A DNA stretch of 64,000 nucleotides from Azolla caroliniana (GCA_043228905.1 JBHGNT010000016.1:1922001-1986000); one strand, 5' to 3'. Shown: positions 1-13,177, numbered from the stretch's first letter. Notes: a model not told the origin generated them from the sequence alone. Program-made: numbers and translations.

Positions 1-2319
1 TTCTTGATCATATGCCCAATTTTTGTATCCAGAGATGAAGAGGTTTTGATTAATCTTTGACTGCAGAAAACAAATTCTGTAAACAATGTAGAGGGAGATT
101 GAGAGGAATTTCCAATTGTGGTTATAGTTCTTTTTTTTGGAAACTTCTCTTCCAAGCTGTGGTATACTAGTGGATTACAGCAAGTGAAAAACTAATTCAC
201 AGATTTATGACAAGGGGTGATAGTGTTCAGAAAATTGCCTCAATAACCATAACACAAAGGTGTAAGAAAAAGGAACAACATGAAGTGTTTTCCTATGGAA
301 TTCAACCATTGTATGCGTGTAGGATCACAAATGATCTGACTACTTCCAAGTAAACTGAAAATCCATTATTTAGAGCTTCTTTTAACAATGCCATATATAC
401 CCAAACCAGCACCTTAAATGTGTAACTTTTTAACCTTTTTTCTCTACTGATTGTGGATCCAGCCTCATAAATATATAAAGTTTTGTTTAACTCATGATTG
501 TTAATGTTTGATTATATTCCTCTGTTAATTTCTTGATTAGAAGCTAATTTTTATTAACTTTTTTCATCTAAATTTTTTACATAATGTACATAGTCCATAC
601 ATATCATATTCATGTGTACCAGTGGTAATCTAAATCCTTAGTGAATTGAATTATAAATTCTAATGAAGGAGATGCTTAGTGCCTTGTGCTATAGCAAATT
701 ACGAACTCGTTAATATGAAATGAAATTGAGATAAATACTCCATATACTTCTCTTTATATAACGAGCCTGTTGCCAGAGTTATGATTGATAACTTAATCCT
801 ATCATTCATAAACTTCCAAAATAAGAAAACCACTGGAAGTAGCACAACTGGATCTTAAACAAAATGTCGCATAATTGAGTGACACAACTTGAAATTGTTT
901 GGCAAAGGATTTCTTTTTAAGGAATCCAACTGACAGTTTTGACCATAGCAAGAAATCACAAGAATAAGGTGTTAAGTGAGTGCATATATACGTTGGTTGG
1001 ATCTTCATTATGCATGCAGTACTCAGATTACACATCCAAAATTTTACGAACACCTACCTTTTTGAGAAATTCTTTAGTGTTGCAATGAGGCAATCGGAAA
1101 CATAAAAAACAGATAGGCAAACATGGATGTTCTCCTTAAAAATGATGTTTCTGTAGGATTTTTGTAGGTCGTCATATTTTAGTGACTTAGATATTCCTTG
1201 AGCAATACTGTCTTCTTCATAAGAACATTGGAAGGAAAAGAAATCATCATGAGACCAAAAATATAACAGGTATCTTCCTAGCTCCCATAACATACAAGAA
1301 GTCACCTTTATGCAGTTTTTCACTCCACCCTTTCCTTCTCTAATCATACCGAAAGTTTCATAACAAATGAAGATAGCCATTAAATCCAAGCATGAAATTT
1401 CATAAAATATATACAAATTTCAAAAACATTTATAGACAGCACACTAAACCCAGTTTCGCTTTGCATGTACATATAGTACTGCTTCACATCTTCCTAGATA
1501 GCAGCCGCATATGTACTATCTTCATCCATTATAAACTAGTCAAACGTATCATTCCTTTTCCATAATTAAATGAAGATAATACGAATAAACTTGAAACTAA
1601 ATCCTTACAGAGATTGTCAAAGGCTGCTAAATACTATTAAAACAAGCCCAATAATGTAATATAAAGTGGTGATATAAATCTCTGGACCAAAATACAATAT
1701 GACTCTGGCTGAAACAAACTTGAATATATTGCAATAGGTGAGTTCGCCATAAATATATTAGAATATCACAAGAAAACACACACAGTGCATAGAAGCTCAT
1801 AATGCATTCAACAACATGCACACTCATGATACCACAAAAACAAGCAGAATTTCAAGTCAAAGACTTAACAGTACAATCAAACATGAACACAACTTAGAAA
1901 TTAGCTCCAGAACATTATTTAAGAAGTATCATATATATATATATATATATAAATTTGGACACTGAGCAGAAATATAGAGTATTTGCAAGTGTTGGGCTCC
2001 CTCAGGCTTCTGAGGTCCAAGGCCGTGCTTCAGGAAAAAGGAGATGCTCTCTCCATTAACACATTCATAAACGCTTTATTTTTTTGTGTGCTTGGTAAAA
2101 GTTGATTATCCAAGTAGAGAGCAATATGATTGGAAAATGGCTTTTACTTGCACATGCATATCCAAACGCAAAACATGTGTCCTTCATTCCATCTCCAACC
2201 TTAAAAGACCTCATGATAAATCCAGCGGTGTAAGAAATTCTGTGATTGCCATGTAAAATTCTGCCTCTTCGGCATCACCATTCATCTATACATTAAGACC
2301 AAATAGGCTCTTGATTCCT

Positions 2320-5300
2320 TCAGTCCATTGTCGAAAGCACAAGCTCCTGAACAAATCTGGCACGCAAAGTTGCTTGCTTTAACTTCTGTTCTCGTTCTTC
2401 AGCTGACAACACCTCCAAGCTGCAAATATAAAAGGATTTAGACCAAGTCCAGACCTTTAAACTAGCATCTAAGATTAGAGAAAGGAATAATGAATGCAAA
2501 GTCTGAGCTTTGAATTAAAAAAGATGTAACAATAATAGAAGAAATGCCATTTTAAACACTTGATGGTAGTAAAGTCAATAGCATAGCGTTATGCATACTT
2601 TATGCCATGGCATTATGCACTCTAATGGCATGGATGTCATTACGATATGGTGTGGTTTGCAACCATAAATTTCCAAACTTAACTATGGGTAATTTATTCT
2701 AGGTTGTAACTAATCAGGAAAACAAACGAAGTATCCCCCGGTTTTTCTTTATTTCTCTAAATGCCCTTATTTTTCCAGTACCGCTGCTCAAACAATTATA
2801 TGTATGATCAAAAAATCCCTTTTTCTTACATCTACCTCATGTTTGAGCAACAATACAATCAACTTGTTGGTTTTTCTCTCTTTCAATGGTTGACAAGGGG
2901 CATTTTGGGAAATAATGAGAACTTTGGGAACATGCAGATAGACTGAGATCCAATTTTCCAATACTTCAGTATATTTACGAATTTGCAATAAGAAACCTTT
3001 CAAAGGTATGTATCAATAAATATGTGAACTGTGCAACCATATTTTCCTAACAAGCTTCAGACATCACATGAATCCTTCTCAACTTCAACAATGATTACAT
3101 GATTAAACAGTAAAATAGATATATTACTTTTGCTTTATGCTAGGTTTGATTTGCATTGGTGCTGATGATGATGCTGACGGAGAGTTTGGTAGACTTTCAT
3201 CAACATAATGGGTTTGCTTTGGAACATCTTCAACTTCAGTCATTGGGAAACTGAATGCAAGTGCCGATAACAGGGAATCAGGAACACTGCTCAGTGAGGT
3301 TCCACTGCCTCTAAAAGCACTACTATTTAGGATAGCCTGCAGATGCGCCTCTCTGTATTCCTTTCCTAGCAAAGAAAGCGTTGAGCCAGGGGGCACTGCA
3401 GCCTTTCTAAATCTGCGCCTTCGCTGTATGTAAGCTTATAGTTAAGGAAACACCCCCAAAAAAACTACTCTATCAATTCCATAAATGCACTTTTCCATAT
3501 GCACATATTATAACAGATAGAATGATAGGATATTTTAAATAAATGTCCATGCTGATGAGTCATGTGTCCAACTATGTCCTTGGCTACTTTTGTTGAGCAT
3601 ACAGGGCATATCTGCAAATGAAGGAAAGCATCATATGACAGAACGTAAGGGGGAAAAGAATACTTTGACAATAGGGGATAACTCCAATGCATAAAAAGTG
3701 ACTGAATGACTGACTTGAGGTATAATACATATCAAATGTCATACTCTTCATAGCAAAGATTTTGAAAGATAAAACGGGTTTAATAATTCCTGACTCACGC
3801 AAACATGTATGAATGTGTGGGCAGCATGTCATTATATTCCAAATCATGGCAACAACCCATTGTCTCAATTACGTTAATCAATAAAGAAACAGAGAGGGTT
3901 AAACATAGGGATATGTATCATCTAGGTGGGCTATTAAGAGTTGAGACTCAAGCAACATACAGCAAGGAATAAGACTGTCAAACTGTTCATAGCCAAGCAA
4001 GGAAGAAGATTCAATATGAATATGTAAGTATATGGGATCAGTGAGATAATCATATCATCATATATAATGATATGATCCATTTACATATTTGGACTATATG
4101 CATCCATCAATGGTTAAGAATGTCAGAGTTTTTGTGATTTCAATATGTTGCAGGCTTGATAAGAAGGGGGTAATGTATCATGTGTATTAAACACATGAAG
4201 CAGGGTATGTATCAGAGTTTAATGTGTTTTCACTCTGAATACATAGAGACTATTGTATCATGATAAAAACAACCCAAATGTCCCTGACCATAGAATTCCA
4301 CAACTTTGGAGGAATGAAGCCCATGGGATATAATAGTAAATTGTACAGCAGAATAGGTTGCGCTTCTCATACTTTGGTTCTGTTAGGCATTAAGAATATA
4401 TCATTCACATGAGAAATACAGACCTACACGTACTTCACTATGCAAAATGTTATATGGAATGAGCAATGTCCAAGTTTCATCCTCTTCATAACCCAACATA
4501 CAAAAGATGCATGGTTCACAATTGAAGACTCAAGTTGAACATATCACTATATTATGAGTCATATCACCATTTGAAATTATACAAGAGAAACATGGCAGCA
4601 GAGATTCATGTCATTACAACATGTTCAAAACCTTATAAAAAGAACCAATGGCATGAGGAATGTCAAACACATGTAAATGAACACTCCACACTCGCCATTT
4701 GAGTCTTCACACTACATTGAGTGATTAACAGTCAAGATCCAAGGAATTTAGCAAGTGGATTATGATAGAATGAAGAACACAAAGATAAATGAGCATCATG
4801 ATAAATCCAAGATGTTGAAACTCACCACTCCATTAATAGTTAAGTTTCTCGAAGAATCTGGCAACTGGCTTACTATAGTAGAAGGACAAATATGAAATTT
4901 GAGGGGCATTAAACCACACGAATATATCGGAACTCACCACTCCTTTAGACTCGAATAAATGTTCATCTTCCAAGTGGGTACAGAGAGATGAAATGTCGAA
5001 ATCTTCATCACAGTAAGGGCAAGAGAACTCTGGCCTGACCTCGTCTTCTCCTTCATAATCCTCTGCATTTAACCGTTCTGCAATAGTTTGTATGACAGAA
5101 AAAAAAAGATGTAAGGAAACAAAAAAAAAGCGGCATGCAGTAAAGGCTTACTAAACATATCATGGTGAAAGTTAACACACAACTGGGTATTACTAAGATC
5201 ATTTCACAGAGAAACCCTTTACAAGCGAAATTCTGTAAACAAAATCGTAGCATTTACCACACAAAAAAAAAACAAAAGATTTAAGCCGAAAATAATTGCT

Positions 5301-5592
5301 GCACACATCCTGAAAAGCTTAATTTGCCCAAAAAACAAATTGTAGTGAAGAAGGGGATGGAAAAACAAGAAAACTTTGTACAATAAATAAATAATCAGAA
5401 AGGAATCTCTCGGAAAAGGCTTCATGTATTTGATGAAAAGAATGGAGAGAAAACAAGGAAAAGTCTCTTGGATTTTCAGTGTAAATCAAAGGAAAGAGAA
5501 TAGAAACTAGGCTTCTACGTACCCCATTGTTGTTGAAGAGCATGATGGCGCTTTGCTGCAGAGAGTCGAACCGCCCACATGTCTGAATCCAT
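2320..5592 (-). CDS. DI19: Dehydration-induced 19 (Di19) family C2H2 zinc-finger protein, 5 exons, about 229 aa
   Basis: Exons 5592-5523, 5077-4938, 3611-3534, 3429-3128 and 2419-2320 join in frame (690 nt). Protein: MDSDMWAVRLSAAKRH...EFSCPYCDEDFDISSLCTHLEDEH...ICPVCSTKVAKDIVGHMTHQHGHLFK/IQRRRRFRK...STLSLLGKEYREAHLQ...PDSLLS...EEREQKLKQATLRARFVQELVLSTMD*. This matches zf-Di19 plus Di19_C. Confidence 0.93.
3430..3533 (-). other. U12-type (minor spliceosome) AT-AC intron in Di19
   Basis: 5' site ATATCCT (3533-3527), branch site TTTCCTTAAC (3450-3441), and 3' end TTAC at 3430. Splicing restores the frame FK/IQRRRR. Confidence 0.92.
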
Positions 5593-5597
5593 GGATT

Positions 5598-5900
5598 CTC
5601 TTCTTCTTCTTCTTCTTTTCCTTCTTCTTTTTCTTCTTCGACCTTCAACAAAATGAAGAAAATCTCTGATCTGATCCAAACAAGCAAATGGATTTCTGCG
5701 CAAGATCAGAAGACAGACAAGCAAAAGAAGCGTTTTTTTTTTGGGGGGGGGGGGGGTTCTTCCTTCACTTTCCGGAAGACTAAAAAACCAAGAAGAAGAA
5801 GAAGAAGAAGAAGAGAAGAGAGACTTCTCCAGGCAGGGGAGCTTCGAATTCTCAACAGAGACAGGGGAAGAAGAAGAAGCAGCAACTTTTGCTGAGTCTC
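5598..5900 (-). promoter_or_regulatory. CT/CTT- and GAA-rich 5' leader and proximal promoter of Di19
   Basis: (CTT)n/(GAA)n tracts lie immediately upstream of the ATG at 5592. An ACGCGTG (CGCG-box/CE3-like) motif sits at 5959-5965. Confidence 0.4.
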
Positions 5901-6024
5901 AGAAATTGGGGAGCAGAGAAAAAGAACGAAGAAGAGACGATGGGATGGGTGTGGGTAAACGCGTGAGGAAGGTGAAAGGCTCGGGGGGTGAGGCTACGAG
6001 GCTACGAGGCTCGGCTTGGGGGTT

Positions 6025-6358
6025 GGGGTTATCCGAGCCAGAAAAACACAGAGAGAGAGAACAGAGAGCTATGGGTTCCTCCGAACCTGTAGGTTCGGGG
6101 GGCTCGCTTCATTCTGTGAGTGTGCCTCTAAAATTTCGGTCGGGGGTATTCCGAGCCAGAAACACACAAAGAGAGAACAGAGAGCTATGGGTTCCTCCGA
6201 AGCTGCAGGCTCGGGGGGCTCGCTTCTTTTGGTGATTGTGCCTCTAAAATTTTGATCGGGCTTGTTATCTGAGCCACAAAAACACAGAGAGCTATGGGTT
6301 CCTCCGAACCTGTAGGCTCGGGGGCCTCGCTTCATTTGGTGATTGTGCCTCTAAAATT
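6025..6358. repeat. Three diverged tandem copies of an approximately 118 bp unit, each with an internal inverted repeat
   Basis: Units start near 6025, 6141 and 6264 (gagccaNaaa...cagagagctatgggttcctccgaa...ctcgcttc...tgtgcctctaaaatt). Copy 1 contains the perfect inverted repeat CCGAACCT-gt-AGGTTCGG at 6081-6098. Confidence 0.9.
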
Positions 6359-9239
6359 GATCATTTCATTATCCGTTTGACAAAAAAAAAAACAAAGGGA
6401 AGCAAATGAAATATATACAATTTATATATGTAGATTACTACTAGGGCGCCAAGAGTTCACTCAACACACACACATGCACATTGTCTGTCGAGGGGGGGGG
6501 GTCATAGAAATAATCTCCATCCTATGTACAATTTGCTATATCTGCCTCGGGTTGTCGGCTCCATCGTGCCGTCTCACAGCATAGAGCGGGAATGCGAAGA
6601 ACAACCTCCTCGCTACTACTTTTGTCCACCTACCTGGGAACGGATTTGCTTGTTTTCACATCCATCGTCCATTGATTCATTCGCCATCTACACCCCCTCG
6701 TGGATCTCTTACAAGGATCTCCCCTCTCCAACTGCCTTTACTCATCCTTTTGTCAAATGTTGCCCCTGCTATGGTGGCGTGGAATGTGGAGAACTCGATG
6801 ATCTCACCAGACGGAAGAGCATTAAAATTAGTTGTACTTTTTTTACGTGTGGCATTGTATAACTAGATTTGTCATTCCAGACATTCCCTAATCGATCTTT
6901 TGTGCTACTTGGGATGCCATGTGGACATCATGGATGTTTGGTTGCCACTCTTTGTGAACCATAAAATATCTCTCATTGGTCTATGCAAGACTCGTGAACT
7001 GATAATCCGAGGCCTCAATCTACACCACATGTTAAGAGCCACTATCGACCATCTCTTCCTCATTCCAAACCCACTTGTCTCTATCAACATATGCATCACA
7101 TTTCCCCTCTCATGTTTGTTTTTTTATCTAGATGGAAAATTATTCTCTTGATAACATGTATGGAGCTTCTTCCCGACTCTTATTGTCCACATCGAGGGGC
7201 CTTTGGCATCTTTGCAATGAGAAAATAATTCTTGTTATATTGTTTTGTAAAAAATTTCAAGAAATCATGGAGATTCATGGACATGTGGCATCGTCATTCT
7301 TCAACGTCGTGGATTAAAATGTTTGTGTTTTTACCACTTAACTTTTCACTCCCACCCTAGTGTGAAAAAATACTAGTTGGTGGTCCCTTCCAAGTAAAAG
7401 TGGAGACGAGGAGTCACATAAGAAGAAAGTGTCTTATGGAAAGGATTTTCCATACTAAATCACTTCACATGCCCAACAAAGGAAAGAGCTTTACAAAATG
7501 TAAGCAAATTAAATTTTGTAGGCATGAAAGCATGCTTTGCTCCACTGAGTGTCTACAAGATTCTATCCAAATGTGTGGAAACGTTTTTTGTTATGTCATT
7601 TTATCTAACGAACATCCTAACCATAAATGAAGTTGCCTTTTAGATAACACGAATAATAATCGTGCGTGAGTTGTGTTGCTTGAAAAAATACTCCATGTAT
7701 GGGGGGGTAATGCAAAATAGCAATTCTATAGAGTTCTAATTGGAATGTGCATATTGTTTCTTTACTAATAAACTATACGCTTCCATTAAAAAAAGTCTAG
7801 TTCACTACAAAAACCATATAAACGTTAACATCGTGAAAAGTTAATATTTGTTGTTTACAAGATGCTCTTCTTATGTCACGACTGATGTTTGGTATTTGTT
7901 TTAGTTCCTTCATGGAAGTACTTATAAGTCAAATGGCTAGGGTATGAAGCTCACACCACATGCGCGAGAAAAACTTGTTGCCATCAACTTAAAGATTTTG
8001 GTCATATGTTAAAGCAAATACCTAGCACTCATATGCAAGCTCTATATGATGTTAAGAATCATTTATAAGTAATAAATTAAGTAGAATCAACACACAACTT
8101 GCAAATCATATGCTACATATCACTAGGTAACTCATTGTACAAGAAGTTATTTTGTGATCTTCCCTATTGGCAATTAACTTTATAGTACGGAAATTTTCTT
8201 ATTCATTGGAAATATGATCATTTTGTACACTTGCACAGTGAGATGCGAATTTGTATTGCAGACATGACATATTAATAATGTTTATATTCATTGCTCGAGA
8301 CATGAGCCTCACCTCATTGTTTCGAGGCACACCAACTTAACCACAACACCACCATGTTCATGTGTACACTTGATTTGTTTGCGTAAAAACGTAATCGCGT
8401 GAATCAAAGTGATAGATAATAGTCAAATTGCATTGGTAGGATCGTGTAAAGTCTCTATTATGAAGTATAAAGGCATGCTTTCACATTATGCTTTACGTGT
8501 TCACATTGTTTTTCTACATTTTATGACATTTCTTTTAATTACGAACAAAGATACAACCAAAAACTTCAAAGTTATTGACATTATATTGTAAAGGAAGTTC
8601 AATAAAGTATTTTGCTATGGACAAACATTTAAGGGCCTGTATTTTTTAGGTCAATAAGCATAAAAATGCTCGAAGTAAAAAATATGACAAAATCACATTC
8701 AAACTTGTATAACAACTCCCTTGTTGCCTTTCTTGAACCATATGCTCATCTGCTCTTTTTAACAACTTCCACATTCGTTGAATATGTCTCATGACTACCA
8801 CAACATCTCCTCAATTGATGAGACATTGCCATCTTTCTTTCAATGCACCTATAATCTAAAACACAAGCCCCAATGCTCCACTTCATTATTGCTTGTGTCA
8901 ATTTCCGCATTACACACGACTTTGTTTTATCCAAATTGTTCACAAATCTTGCAACGATGAATGGGATGACAAAACAATCCATGCTCTATACAACAAACTT
9001 TTGTAAACCATTCTACAATATTTCATCTCTCCAAAACTTTTCACATGGTTCCCCTCTTTTGAGTGGCTTGACAATAAGCTCTATGATATGTCATTGCTCC
9101 ATTTGCATTTCATGTGTTGCATATTGTACCACATGGCACAAAGTAATCTCTTGGTGGCATCAAGGTAGGAAAAGTTTACTAAGTTACCCTAGATCACTTC
9201 ATGGTCATCTTGCAATATACTAAGTTACCCTAAACCAAC

Positions 9240-9701
9240 GGAGATCACACTGGCGACATTGTGTTGGCCTACACAAGGGCATTTGGATCAGTTATCATGG
9301 GACCCAATGATGTATTGTTGGAGAACTCAAGGACAAACTGATGGGGAAAAGCTGGTTCAAATTTTCAGGTATAACACGAAGATTGGGAGGCAAATTATTC
9401 TAGAACAAGAACACGACAAGATTGCAACAAGGAAATTTTGGATACATGAGGGCATTAGTGAAATGAGACTAGATAAATTCTGGAAAATGATATGGCATGA
9501 CAGATGTGACCGCAAGATAATGATGTGTTTATGGCTTATTGCACATAGAGCCTTGCCAATTGGGACGTGGGGTAAAGGCCCCAATGTAGACCATAGATGC
9601 ATTGCATGTGGACAGATAGAAAGCATTTCCCATTGTCTATGGGAATGTCGCGAGGCAGTGGTTGTATGGGGAAGGGCACTACGTTTGCTTTGCCATGCCT
9701 A
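9240..9701 (+). mobile_element. L1-like LINE remnant, zf-RVT region (left part, split by the Gypsy insertion)
   Basis: ORF 9259-9714 reads FWKMIWH...KIMMCLWLIAHRALP...CIACGQIESISHCLWEC, a zf-RVT motif. The frame continues after the Gypsy right LTR. Confidence 0.8.
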
Positions 9702-10150
9702 TGTTAATCCTTAGGGCCGAACAATGGCCTAACACAGGGTGTCTCCGGAAGACACTTCACCAAAGGGGTGTTACGGCGAGATAACTTAAGACACAACGAT
9801 TAATCCGACTTAATTGGCTACTTAGCAATAAGGCATTCACTTAATACACGCGTAAGATATAACAATTAGTATAGAATAGTAATCAATACGTGAAGATAAA
9901 AAAAGAAGCTTATATTAATTCTCCGTCAAAGTTATACATTGTAACCGGGCCTTTATATAGGTCACCGGTGCTGCGTACAAAACGGTGCCAACCAGCACCT
10001 GTTCGGAACCGGTCCGGATCTGGATCGGCATACCGATTCCGGTCCGTCCGTTCACTACATAATTATAATCAATTCTACTTAATTAAAATATATTCTGAAT
10101 AACCATCCCTTTCACATTCTGGTCTTTAATCCTTTGTCGGCCGGGTAACA
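9702..10150 (-). repeat. 3' LTR of the Gypsy element
   Basis: Direct repeat of 19270-19718 with TG...CA termini. Confidence 0.95.
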
Positions 10151-10152
10151 CA

Positions 10153-10169
10153 TGGCATGCCCGTGGGAC
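10153..10169 (+). promoter_or_regulatory. Inverted PBS-like site (tRNA-Arg UCU-like) at the position normally occupied by the PPT
   Basis: TGGCATGCCCGTGGGAC starts 2 nt from the LTR. It resembles the Tat/Retand PBS TGGCACGCCCGGTGGGAC as I recall it, with one C>T change and one deleted G. Confidence 0.65.
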
Positions 10170-10203
10170 AGTACCTTGTACGTCGAATCCCACTCTTCGG
10201 CCC

Positions 10204-13177
10204 TTAACCTTCGTCCAATACATCCAGAATACTCTGCTCCAGGGTATCCAATGGTTGTTCGAAACTTTGTTGTTGTTGCTGTTGTGGCTCCGGCTCCTCC
10301 GACTGTTGCTCCTTAGATGGCGTCTGTTCGGCTCCCGGTATCGGCGGTTGTGGCGGTGATTCCTCCGTTAGCTGCTCCGTTGGATTTGACTCCGGTTGAC
10401 TCGCCCCGACCTTGTCTCCGTCCGGTCCTTGCTCCGGTGATGGCTCCTCATCGCTAAGGTTGATGGTCGTCGCCTGCTTTGCTTCTTCTCTTAGTAGCCT
10501 GGTTCGTTCATAGCTCTCAAACTGGATTTGAGCATCTAATCGATCATCATCTAGCTGTGCTACAAGTTGTCGGACCACTGCTGATTGCTCCTTCGCCAGA
10601 GTTACAAAATCTTCGGCTAACTCATCTCTTACGGCAATGAAGTCCTCCTTCATTAGCATGTAGCAGTCGTCGCCATCCCTCTGCCGGTTTTCCGCGTCCG
10701 CCCGTAGCAACTAGAGCTCGACTGTGTGCTTTGCCCATTTGTCCCACCATTGCGCGGAGCTTTCGTAATCAAGCATTTGGTCTTGTTCTCCATGCCTGGA
10801 CAATGAACTGGATCCGCTCCAATCCCCTCTTCGATTTGTCCTCCGCGGCTTGTCGTTCGTCCTTCAACTGCTTGATCAGTGCCACCGTATCCGCCTCTTG
10901 CTCCCGGTAATGTGACAATTGGGTTTGATAGGTGTTCTGCAGCCTTTGCAAGACCATCGTCGCTCTTTCCTTCTCTTCATAATGCTGCTTATGGAGCTCC
11001 ATCCGTTCTTGCGCGGCTTCCTCCAGTAGCGTGGTTCTTTCAGCCTGTTCCTCCGCTAGCACCGTCTCAACTCGATGCACCTCCTACCGGAGCTCTGCCA
11101 TTTTCTCCTGTTGTTTCTTATGCTCCGTATCTAGGTGCTTGTAGTCCCGGTGCAGGTGCTCAAAATCATCGGTCTTCTGCTTCAGCTTTTGGTTGAGTTG
11201 CCGGCGAGCGCGGTCTTCCCAATCCTTCAGTTGACGGAGTTCTTCTTTAAGTCTTTCTATCTCTGTTTCCGCCATCCGTCGCAACTTCTCCTTTTCTTGC
11301 AGCGCCTTCTCTTTCTCCTCAATCAACCGGTCATATGCATGATGTCCTTTTCGCAGATTCTCTTCTGCTCGACGGAGGTTCTCAACAGTCTTTCGTTGCT
11401 CTTCTTCTGCCGCTTTCTTCAAGTCCCGCTCTCGGGTGCATAATGCTTCCTGCGCGGCCAGTTCATCTCTCAATTCAGCAAGCTCTTTTGCTTGCGCCGC
11501 CACTATCTCCGGGATTGGGTTCGTCTCCGGGGTCTTATTGCTATGTACAAGTGTCAGGGTTTCTTTATTCTGTACATCGGCCGGAGTCACCGGTGCTTGG
11601 AGCTATGGTTCGGTTAAGGCCATTTTGGCCAATTCTTCTGTGGCCAGGTCCAAGTCCTGTTCTAGGCTCCGGATCCTTGATCGGGCCGTCTCTAGTTCTC
11701 TGGTTGTGACGAGCAACTGGTCCATCTGCGCTTTCTCTTCCGCCTCTATGTAGTGTACCACTCCGGCAATCTGTTCTCCAATCCACCGAAGCCATTGGCT
11801 GCCGGTGCCCTGTTGTTGCGTCTGCCCGGAGGGTTGGCTGTTGGTGTCACTGGCCAGTGGTCGGTTTTGTCCGGTTGCGTCGAGCTGCAACTCTGGCTCA
11901 TGTTGGTGATCACTTTGCCATTCTGGTTGCGGCTCCGTTGGCCGCTCCGCCTCTGAATGCTCTTGGCCTGCCGGTGGGGTAGGCAACTGTACTCCCAACG
12001 CTTGCATTTCGGGTCTTGTCGTATCCTAACCCGCTGGTAGGGGTTGTTGTGCAGGGAGCTCTATGACCGGTTCTGTCCGAACTGGTTCCGGTTCCATCCT
12101 TGGTGCGGGCTACTCAGTGCGGGGTACAAGCGTTCCATCCTTCTTTGGGTCCGAACGTTCCCTAACATGTTCGGAGGTGCTTGCCTTCTGGCGCCGCTGG
12201 AGGTGCTCTAACGGTTCTTCCTCCGCTTCCTCCTTCTGAGTCCTGATGTTGATTTTCGCTGCCACGGGGTTCGACGCTTGTTGAACTGGTCGGCTAAGCC
12301 TAATCTTGATTGGCCGTACCGGTGGCTCCTCATGCGTTTCCACTTGCCGCTTCCTATTGGCGCGCTCCTTTGCCGCCTGGTCCGTGTCAGCCACCTTCCC
12401 TTTGGTTGCCTTAGAAGCCAACAACTGCTGCTGTTTCAAGGCCGTTTTCGGGGTGCCTTCGGTTGTTCTTCCCCGCTTCGTGGTCTTGACGGGCTCGATA
12501 GGTGGCGCCAATAGGGTGAGCCATTGCGCCACTGCAGTCCATATGTTCCGACCCTCTTTGCCTCTGACAGAGTCGATGGCCGCATAGAGGCCATCCGCAA
12601 TCAGTACCGCCTAGTCCACCTTCACGCCTTCATATGTGGCTATGATTAAGCCGGCCCGGTTCTGGGGCATGCATGGGGGTCGAGGGTATACATGTCCAAA
12701 TTCATGGAGCACACGGGCAATCTCTCGATATAGTGGATCTTTGCCGCCCTGTGTTCGGTAGGCCTTGCTTGCCAGAGAGTATTCCCCAAAATATTTTCGG
12801 AGCTGCTTCGGGGTAGGGTTGTTGATGGTGAAGATGCCCCCCTCCAGAAGGCCAATCAATGCATGGATGGCCTCTTTTGTGATCAGCTCCGTGTCGATTT
12901 CTTTGACTATCTTCTCCGCCTCCCGGTGTGGTGGCGCCTCCATGATTGTGAGGAAACCTTCTAACCCGTGTTGCCTTAGCCACTTCTTGGCTACTTCAGA
13001 GAGTGCTTGGCAATCCATGGCTTCGTCGAGGTCGGTGAGTGTTGGTGAGGGTTGTGTGTGAGGAGTCTCTGTGTGTGTGGGCTCACGTTTGCTGATCTTC
13101 AATCCCCTATCTGCGTTTGTGCTCCTCTGTTCGCGAAATGTGAGGGTTTCTATGTGGCGGGGGTTTTCTTGTTGCAT
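10204..13177 (-). pseudogene. Extra ORF downstream of integrase in the Gypsy element (about 990 codons, coiled-coil rich, disrupted)
   Basis: ORF pieces 13177-12611, 12532-12110, 12007-11603, 11590-11084 and 11080-10769 share one frame and are separated by stops (e.g. TGG>TAG in KVD*AVLIADGL). One frameshift leads to 10710-10204. Confidence 0.75.

Noticed and set aside
1-1540. Possible minus-strand exons (about 1-60, 1058-1230, 1467-1520) of a further gene
   Set aside because: Splice-like sites exist but there is no recognisable protein motif or consistent model. They could be UTR exons.
5319-6335. ORFs rich in E/R/K (e.g. 5741-6235)
   Set aside because: These are translations of (GAA)n microsatellites and the tandem repeat, not real proteins.
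6025-6358. CRISPR-like or snoRNA array
   Set aside because: Eukaryotic context, and whole units repeat without unique spacers. No convincing snoRNA boxes.
6430-9200. Possible decayed transposon sequence
   Set aside because: It looks TE-derived, but no motif or terminus could be assigned by eye.
10183-10195. GTCGAATCCCACT resembling a tRNA T-arm near the inverted PBS
   Set aside because: Too short, with no cloverleaf or A-box. Likely chance, so no tRNA gene was called.
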